Of a stretch of 64,000 nucleotides of DNA, positions 57,927 to 64,000 are shown one piece after another. Numbering within the stretch: the stretch's first letter is position 1; each line of letters starts with the position of its first letter. The position numbers were made by a program, and so were the translations under genes. The notes beneath the pieces were generated by a model. The model was not told the origin of the DNA, made no database searches, and saw only the letters and a list, made by a program, of their open reading frames with translations. Source of the DNA: an uncultured Actinomycetota bacterium (GTDB taxonomy: Bacteria; Actinomycetota; Acidimicrobiia; Acidimicrobiales; Bog-793); NCBI GenBank assembly GCA_963765505.1, contig CAVXWO010000003.1, positions 1,453-65,452 of the forward strand, in the 5' to 3' direction.

Positions 57927-58151
57927 ATGCTCGAGAACCGGGACAGCGAGTACACGACGATGGATGGTGAGCTCGCTCTTCTGGAGCAGGCTCGTGGCCG
58001 CTTGCCAGGGGATAGCAAGGTCGAGCCCGACGGCGCGGCATCCGCGGGCCGGTGGATCGACGACGTGCACAGGCAGGACGACGTGCACAGGCAGATCGAG
58101 AGCTGCCAGTCGCTGACCGACGACGCCGACCACCTCGCGATCGCCGGCTGA
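57927..58151 (+). CDS. possible 74-aa protein with an internal DDVHRQ-DDVHRQ duplication
   Basis: ATG at 57927 follows AGGAGA with 6-nt spacing. It contains an 18-bp perfect tandem duplication GACGACGTGCACAGGCAG. Confidence 0.35.
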   Translation: MLENRDSEYTTMDGELALLEQARGRLPGDSKVEPDGAASAGRWIDDVHRQDDVHRQIESCQSLTDDADHLAIAG

Positions 58152-58342
58152 CCTCCGCCCCGGCCGAGTACCGCCGACTCGGCCGGGGCACGGGGCGCCA
58201 CCGAGGCGGGCGCCGCCGGCCGGTATCGGCCTGGGGCGCCCGCCTTGGTGGTCGAGAGCGCGAGGGCGATCGGGGTGCCGGATGGCAGGATGGTCGGTGG
58301 CCTCCCGGACGACGCGTCCGGGACGGTTCACTGGAGGATCCT

Positions 58343-58966
58343 GTGGCTCGACGCATCCATGGCCATTGGCGCCGGCTGCTCCAAGCGGTGGCCTGTGGCG
58401 CGTTGCTCGCGCTCGCCGGCACGGGCAGCGCCGCCGCGCAGCCGAACCTGCGGGCGATGCTGCTCGGCGCCCGCCAGCTGCCGAAGGGCTGGGCGCGCGG
58501 GAGCTCGACGGTCCCCGTCTCGGGCGGCTGCCTCGGCCGGACGCTGTCACCGACCGGTGTGCGGCGGACCGGCCTCGCCTCGGCGACCTTCATCACGCGC
58601 GCGGGCGATCTCCCCGTGCTCATCGAGCAGGTCGCGAGCTTCGCCTCACCGGGCAGCGCCTACGGGCGGATCGTCACCGGCCTCAACGGCTGCAAGCACT
58701 TCACGGGCTCGGCGGGATCAGCGGTCGTCCACGGTGCCGTCGGCAGGCTCTCGCTGCCCCGAATCGGCGTGCAGAGCGCGGCGTTCGCCGTGTCGATCAC
58801 CATCAACGGGATCACCTCCTCGGAGGACGTCGTTGTCGCGCACGACGGCTCGGTGGTGATGGACCTGTCGCTCGCTGACGTCTCGGTGAGCTCCAGCGAG
58901 TTCACGATGATCGCCAGGAGCGCGCTCGCCAAGATCGCCCAGGCGCTGCGGCCCGCTATCCGCTAG
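58343..58966 (+). CDS. secreted hypothetical protein
   Basis: GTG at 58343 gives a signal peptide RRLLQAVACGALLALAGTGSAAAQ. The mature part has no recognised motif. Confidence 0.55.
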   Translation: MARRIHGHWRRLLQAVACGALLALAGTGSAAAQPNLRAMLLGARQLPKGWARGSSTVPVSGGCLGRTLSPTGVRRTGLASATFITRAGDLPVLIEQVASFASPGSAYGRIVTGLNGCKHFTGSAGSAVVHGAVGRLSLPRIGVQSAAFAVSITINGITSSEDVVVAHDGSVVMDLSLADVSVSSSEFTMIARSALAKIAQALRPAIR

Positions 58967-59113
58967 TCGCCTGCAGGGGAGACCGCGGGAGTGGATGACG
59001 AGCGCCGGGCATCACCGCTCGAGAGCTGGCCGTGGGAGCGCTGATTCCCGGCCCTTCTTGTCGACGCGCCATCGGCCATGCCTCTCGCCGGCCTGCCCCG
59101 TTCGGGCGTCAGC

Positions 59114-62100
59114 TCACCAGCTCACCGCGTCGAGATCGAGGACGCCCTTCGCCCCGCCGCCGTTCTCGACCTCCATACCGATCCAGTCGACGTTGGCGCT
59201 CAGGGTGGGCACGGTCCAGGTGATGGTCGTCCAGGCGGCCGCCTTCAGCGCGACGTTGCCGGTGAAGTAGTAGTTGTCGTTCGTATCCACGACGTACGGG
59301 TTGACCTGGACGGAGACCCCCGCCGGCTCATAGACGTGATAGGTCACCTTGGTCCCTGAGCTGATGCCGGTGACGGATGAGGGGGAGATGATGCCGGGGT
59401 TTCCGGCCCCGGTCAGCGTGATCGCCAAGGAGTGCGTGCCGGAATAGGCGAACGATGTCGTGTTGGCGACCGTCGCCGGCCCGTAGTCCACCGTCCATCC
59501 CTGGGTGGTGCCGTCCTCGAAGTCGAACTTGGGCGGCGTGGTCGCAATCGTCGTGGTGGTCGGCGGCAAGGTCGTCGTCGTGGTGGTGGACGTCGTCGTG
59601 GTGGTGGACGTCGTCGTGGTGGTGGACGTCGTTGTGGTGCTCGATGTGGTCGTGGTCGGCGCGGCCGTCGTGGTCGTCGGCGGCAAGGTCGTCGTCGTGG
59701 TGCTCGATGTGGTCGTGGTCGGCGCGGCCGTCGTGGTCGTCGGCGGCAAGGTCGTCGTCGTGGTGGTTGTCGTGGTCGGCGCGGCGGTCGTGGTGGTCGG
59801 CGCCAACGTGGTCGTTGACGTGGTGGTCGTCGTGGTCGGCGTCGTCCCGCCGTTCCAGCTCACCGCGTCGAGGGCGAGGGTACCCTTCGCCCCCCCACCG
59901 TTCTCGACCTCCATGGCGATCCAGCTGATCGCAGCGGTCGTGGTGGGTACCGTCCAGGTGATGGTCGTCCACGCGCCGGGCGTCAACGTGTAGTTGCTCG
60001 TGAAGTGGTAGCCGTCGCCCGTGTCGACCGCGAACGGGTTGACCTGGACGGAGATCCCGGTCGGCTCGTACACGTGGTAGGTCACCTTCGTCCCAGAGGC
60101 CAGGCCCGTGAGCCCTGACGCCGAGCCGATCCCGGGGTTGCCAGCGCCCGTGAGCGTGATCGCCAGCGAGTGGGTGCCGGAGAAGGCGACCGAGGTGGTG
60201 TTGGCGATCGTCGCCGGCCCGTAGTGGAGCGTCCAACCCTGTGTCGTGCCGTCCTCGAAATCGAACTGCGGCGTCGAGGAGGGCAGCGTCGTCGTCGTCG
60301 GTGCGGACGTCGTCGTTGTCGGCGCCGAGGTCGTCGTGGTGGGCGCGGCGGTCGTCGTCGTCGGCGCCAACGTCGACGTGGTGGTGGTCGGCGCCACCGT
60401 GGTCGTCGTTGCCGCCGCCGTGGTGGTGGTCGAACCCGTCGTCGAGGGGACCGTGATCAGCAACGTCTGGGTTGCCGGCGTCGAGCCGGTTAGCCCTGAG
60501 GCTGTCAGGGTGAGCGTGTAGGTGATGCCCGTCGACCCGGTGTTGGCGGGCAGGGTCACGCTCGCGGTGGTCCCGGCCGCCGGGCACGGCACGGCTGACG
60601 CAGCGGGCGGGTTCGAGGGCGCCGGCGTGTACGGGATGGAGATGCCGACGCCCGTCGAGGGCGAGGAGGTGATCGAGCATTGCGTCGCGTTGGCGGTCGT
60701 GAAGTTCACGGGGAACGTGCCGCCGGAGGGGGTCGGGGCGGTGGTCGGACCGGTGAACGACGAGATCGCCGGGTTCGACGGCGACGACGCCGGACCGACG
60801 TAGAAGCTCTGGGACGCCTCTCGCTCGCCGGCCAGGGGGCTGGAGCTCGAGCCGACGACGAAGTAGCCGGATCCGTAGGCCTCGTACTTGAACCGCACCC
60901 CGCTTGTCGGGATGGCGCTCGAGAAGTTGGCAATCAACGTCGTCGACGTCGTGCCGGACGGGCACGTCACGGAGGAGGGGTAGACGAGGCTCGATCGCGT
61001 GGTCGACCACCACGGCGACGCGTAGGTGAACTGGGACACCGTCTGGGAGGCGCCCGGCGCCTGGCACACGACGGGAGTCGAGTAGCCGAACGTCGCCTGG
61101 CTACCCGAGACCGAGACCGACGTGATCACGGGCGGCACGGTCGTCGCGCTGACGTAGAGCGAGCCGGGGATCGACTCGACGACCCCGACCGCGACGAACG
61201 AGGACAGCCCGGGCGTCGGGATGTAGTCGAGCGTGTTGGAGGTCGTGTTGCCGATGCCGCTCTCGCCCACGGGGTAGACGCCGCACGCCTGCTGCCCGAG
61301 CTGCGCGGCACCGGCGAGCACGTAGACGGTGTCGGTCGAGCCGGCCTGGCAGTTCGTGATGACCTCGGGGGCGTTGTCGTCGGGCGGCCCGGGCAAGTCG
61401 GCCGTCGGCAGGGCGATGACGTCGTAGACGTCGGGCGCCGTGGGCCCGCTCGCACCGAGGCCGATCGAGCAGTTCGTCCCGCCGAACACCCGGTCGTTGA
61501 CGGGCGAGCAGGTCGAGGAGGCGCTCGACTTGTCGATCTCGCCGCTTGCGACCAGGTTCCAGCCCGAGCCGTCGGCCGTCGCCGTCACGCCGGTCTCGGC
61601 GAGGATCTCGAGGTTCTGCAGCGTCAGGCTCGAGCCGGTCTGCATCGTCGGGGCGGCGGTCACCGTGAAGGTGACGCTCGATCCGCTCGCGGTGGCGGTC
61701 ATGGCGGAAGGTCCGAGCGTGCCCTCGGACGTGCCGTTGGTGAGGGTGAGGGTGGGGGACGCGACGGCGACCGCTTCGTTGAAGCTGACCTTCAACGTCA
61801 CGCCGGCGCCGAGTGTCGTCGCCGTGCAGCCGTTGCTGGAGGAGGGGCACTCGGCGGTCGCCGTCGACACGAGCTGCGTCGGCGACGTGACACCACCAGA
61901 CGTGGCGCCCGCGCTCGGTGGCGCGAGGAATACCCCGATGCCCGCCGACCCGAGCAGCGCAGCCAGCAGCGTCGCGGCACGTCCGAACCGCGCACGCGCC
62001 ACACGTGACGGGGGAACGATCCCCCGAGATCTGATCTGTCGTCTCGGTATCAGGACAACGCTCTCCGGTTGGCCGAATCGTCGCGGGAGGGAGCGCCCAG

Positions 62101-62161
62101 CTCCGCACCGAGACCAGGCAAGAGTCCTATCTTTCGTCTTCCTGCGCATCCGCCGTGTCAT
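59114..62161 (-). CDS. large secreted/cell-surface protein with two CBM-like beta-sandwich modules and Thr/Pro-rich linkers
   Basis: Signal peptide (probable GTG start at 62002). A ~550-aa Ser/Thr/Cys-rich N-terminal region is followed by two ~135-aa repeats (FDFEDGTTQGWT...GTHSLAITLTGAGNPG...KVTYHVYEP...EVENGGGAKG..LDAVSW). T-rich linkers separate the repeats. Confidence 0.85.
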   Translation of the reverse strand: MTRRMRRKTKDRTLAWSRCGAGRSLPRRFGQPESVVLIPRRQIRSRGIVPPSRVARARFGRAATLLAALLGSAGIGVFLAPPSAGATSGGVTSPTQLVSTATAECPSSSNGCTATTLGAGVTLKVSFNEAVAVASPTLTLTNGTSEGTLGPSAMTATASGSSVTFTVTAAPTMQTGSSLTLQNLEILAETGVTATADGSGWNLVASGEIDKSSASSTCSPVNDRVFGGTNCSIGLGASGPTAPDVYDVIALPTADLPGPPDDNAPEVITNCQAGSTDTVYVLAGAAQLGQQACGVYPVGESGIGNTTSNTLDYIPTPGLSSFVAVGVVESIPGSLYVSATTVPPVITSVSVSGSQATFGYSTPVVCQAPGASQTVSQFTYASPWWSTTRSSLVYPSSVTCPSGTTSTTLIANFSSAIPTSGVRFKYEAYGSGYFVVGSSSSPLAGEREASQSFYVGPASSPSNPAISSFTGPTTAPTPSGGTFPVNFTTANATQCSITSSPSTGVGISIPYTPAPSNPPAASAVPCPAAGTTASVTLPANTGSTGITYTLTLTASGLTGSTPATQTLLITVPSTTGSTTTTAAATTTTVAPTTTTSTLAPTTTTAAPTTTTSAPTTTTSAPTTTTLPSSTPQFDFEDGTTQGWTLHYGPATIANTTSVAFSGTHSLAITLTGAGNPGIGSASGLTGLASGTKVTYHVYEPTGISVQVNPFAVDTGDGYHFTSNYTLTPGAWTTITWTVPTTTAAISWIAMEVENGGGAKGTLALDAVSWNGGTTPTTTTTTSTTTLAPTTTTAAPTTTTTTTTTLPPTTTTAAPTTTTSSTTTTTLPPTTTTAAPTTTTSSTTTTSTTTTTSTTTTTSTTTTTTLPPTTTTIATTPPKFDFEDGTTQGWTVDYGPATVANTTSFAYSGTHSLAITLTGAGNPGIISPSSVTGISSGTKVTYHVYEPAGVSVQVNPYVVDTNDNYYFTGNVALKAAAWTTITWTVPTLSANVDWIGMEVENGGGAKGVLDLDAVSW
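59637..59762. repeat. perfect 63-bp tandem duplication inside the Thr/Pro linker coding region
   Basis: 59637-59699 is identical to 59700-59762. Three 18-bp units precede it (about 59578-59634), and a degenerate third copy follows. Confidence 0.9.
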
Positions 62162-62358
62162 TTAGGCGGCCTACTGCAGGTGGATGACGAACCGACGGGG
62201 CGGCGCGATCGCCCGAGCCGTCGGGAACGGCGGCGTGGGGTGCCCGCGGTCGGGCCGGGAGTGCGCCGCGACTGGCAGAATCGGCGCGCACGCCCTCCGC
62301 CGGCGCGCGCCATCACATCCGGGCAAGGCGGTCAGGTCCGCTCGACAAGGAGAAGGGC

Positions 62359-63468
62359 ATGCGTGCTGCAGTCCTCACAGCGACAGGTGCTCCCGTGGAG
62401 ATCGAGGAGCTGCGCGATCCGGCGCCCCGTACGGGCGAGGTCCTCGTCGAGGTGACGACCTGCGGCGTCTGCCACACGGATCTCCACGTGATGAAGGGCG
62501 AGGTCGCCTTCCCGCTCCCGGCCGTGCTCGGCCACGAGGTGTCCGGGGTGGTCGCCGAGGTCGGCCCGGGGGTCCGCCGCGTGCGCGCCGGCGACCGCGT
62601 CGTCGCGAGCTTCATCATGCCGTGCGGGTACTGCCCGCGCTGCGTGCGGGGCCAGGAGGACCTCTGTGAGACCTTCTTCGCGATGAACCGGCTGAAGGGG
62701 ACGCTCTACGACGGCGAGACCCGGCTGTTCCGGCCCGACGGCTCCCCGGTGTCGATGTACTCGATGGGCGGTCTCGCCGAGCGCTGTGTCGTGCCCGAGA
62801 CCGACGTGTTCCCGGTGCCGGACTCCCTCAGGCTGGAGGACGTCGCCATCCTCGGGTGCAGCTCCCTCACCGCCTACGGCGCGCTGCGCAACGTGGCGGA
62901 CCTGCGCGTCGGCGACACGGTCGCGATCGTCGCGACCGGCGGCGTCGGGTCCTCGCTGGTGCAGCTCTCCGCCGCATTCGGGGCGAGCGACATCATCGCG
63001 ATCGATATCTCCGACGAGAAGCTCGACGCCGCGGCGAAGCTCGGGGCGACCCACACCGTGAACTCGCGTGCCGCGGACCCGGTGGAGGCTGTCCGCGCGA
63101 TCACCCGTGGGCGGGGCGTGGACGTCGCGTTCGAGGTCCTCGGCAGCGCTGCAACCTTCGCCACCGCAGCGTCGGTGGTGGCCGACGGCGGCCGCGTCGT
63201 CGTTGTCGGCATCGCCCCCGCCGGCGTCGCCGGCGAGATCGACCTCTCGCGGCTCCCCAGGCGCCAGCTGAAGGTGCTCGGCTCCTACGGCGGCCGCCCC
63301 CGCACCGACATGCCCGCGTTGCTGGCGCTCGTCGAGCGGGGGGTGCTGGCGCCGCAGCGGGTCGTCAGCCGCCGCTTCGGCCTGGACCAGGCCGCCGAGG
63401 CCTACCAGGCGCTCGCCCGCGGCGAGATCGTGGGGCGGGCGGTCGTCGACATCGCCGGCGCCCGCTGA
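62359..63468 (+). CDS. zinc-dependent alcohol dehydrogenase (class III / mycothiol-dependent formaldehyde dehydrogenase-like)
   Basis: Contains GVCHTDLH, GHEVSGVV, CGYCPRCVRGQEDLC and TGGVGS. AAGGAGAAGG precedes the ATG at 62359. Confidence 0.9.
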   Translation: MRAAVLTATGAPVEIEELRDPAPRTGEVLVEVTTCGVCHTDLHVMKGEVAFPLPAVLGHEVSGVVAEVGPGVRRVRAGDRVVASFIMPCGYCPRCVRGQEDLCETFFAMNRLKGTLYDGETRLFRPDGSPVSMYSMGGLAERCVVPETDVFPVPDSLRLEDVAILGCSSLTAYGALRNVADLRVGDTVAIVATGGVGSSLVQLSAAFGASDIIAIDISDEKLDAAAKLGATHTVNSRAADPVEAVRAITRGRGVDVAFEVLGSAATFATAASVVADGGRVVVVGIAPAGVAGEIDLSRLPRRQLKVLGSYGGRPRTDMPALLALVERGVLAPQRVVSRRFGLDQAAEAYQALARGEIVGRAVVDIAGAR

Positions 63469-63499
63469 CGGGACCGGGAGGGCGCCGCGGACGGTGGAG

Positions 63500-64000
63500 C
63501 TACCCGGCCTCTTCCTCGAGGCGTCGCTCGTCGCGCTGCGGCGCCGTGCGCAGGAAGCGCTCGATCGTCTCGACCGCTTCGAGCAGCGCCGGGGCGATCG
63601 CGGAGGCGTCCTTCGTGTTGCGGAAGCGCGACGTCGGGCAGGCGATGGCGATCGCCGCCAGCGGGCCGCCTGACGGGTCGTGGACGCAGGCCCCGATGCC
63701 GCAGATCCCCGCGTCGCCCTCCTCGAAGTTCAGCCCGTAGCGGCGGATCCGCACCTCGGCCAGATCTGCCTCCAACCGCTCCCAGGTTGAGATCGAGTGT
63801 GACGACAGAACCTCGAGGCGGCGGTCCGGGTAGCGCCGGGCGAGCTCCTCCTGCGACAGCGCGGCCAGCATCGACTTGCCGCCGGAGGTGCAGTGCGCCG
63901 GCATCACCACCCCGAGGCGAGAGGTGACACGCACGGAGCGCGGTCCTTCGATCGAGTCGATGAACCGGACGCGGTTGTCCTCGAGGACGAGAAGGCTGAC
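63500..64000 (-). CDS. IclR-family transcriptional regulator, 5'-partial at window edge (effector-binding domain)
   Basis: The frame is open to base 64000. Motifs are PAHCTSGGKSMLA, GLNFEEGDAGICGIGACV and AAIAIACPTSR. Confidence 0.85.
   Translation of the reverse strand, partial: VSLLVLEDNRVRFIDSIEGPRSVRVTSRLGVVMPAHCTSGGKSMLAALSQEELARRYPDRRLEVLSSHSISTWERLEADLAEVRIRRYGLNFEEGDAGICGIGACVHDPSGGPLAAIAIACPTSRFRNTKDASAIAPALLEAVETIERFLRTAPQRDERRLEEEAG

Noticed and set aside
59505-60500. Regularly spaced short repeats that could suggest a CRISPR array
   Set aside because: The repeats are contiguous tandem units with no unique spacers. They lie inside the long minus-strand ORF and encode Thr/Pro linkers. 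No cas genes are present.

Overview
The window is 64 kb of very GC-rich DNA with strong GC3 bias, so many long antisense 'shadow' ORFs in the track are not genes. It looks like an actinobacterial chromosome segment: two LLM/F420-type oxidoreductases, two mycothiol-type DinB/MDMPI proteins, a PIG-L (MshB/Mca-like) deacetylase, SARP- and LAL-type regulators, and a CysO-like carrier protein. (1) Mobile elements: an IS21-family element (istA/istB, left end outside the window) has an IS30-family element nested in its terminal repeats and truncates an Asp-box propeller gene. An IS630-family element with a TA duplication sits 143 bp upstream of a radical SAM/SPASM gene. A second, intact IS30-family element lies at 22054-23286. 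(2) Ordinary genes: alpha-glucan phosphorylase, cspA, uracil-DNA glycosylase family, PadR, TetR+GNAT, NUDIX, GtrA, YihY, EAL-GAF-GAF, acyl-CoA desaturase, DJ-1/PfpI, SDR, two Zn-ADHs, CBS, HAD and IclR (partial at the right edge). (3) Conserved but functionally uncharacterised operons. One is a circularly permuted ATP-grasp gene followed by a fused alpha-E/transglutaminase ORF (29.2-32.8 kb). The other is a tightly packed minus-strand operon (44.9-50.1 kb): small ORF, NRDE, Asp-box propeller, CysO-like ThiS/MoaD ending in GG, PIG-L deacetylase, LLM oxidoreductase, DinB-like. This second operon is my best candidate for an undescribed system. (4) A secreted/cell-surface locus (56.3-62.2 kb) holds a His-rich beta-helix protein and a 1015-aa protein with duplicated CBM-like modules and perfect tandem repeats. 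About 30 reading-frame lesions are visible. Many sit in G4/C4 runs and could be sequencing indels. The SARP and LAL regulators carry 4-5 lesions each, including an in-frame TAG and indels outside long homopolymer runs, which look like real decay. I recognised no rRNA, tRNA or CRISPR array. Coordinates of frameshifted genes are approximate.
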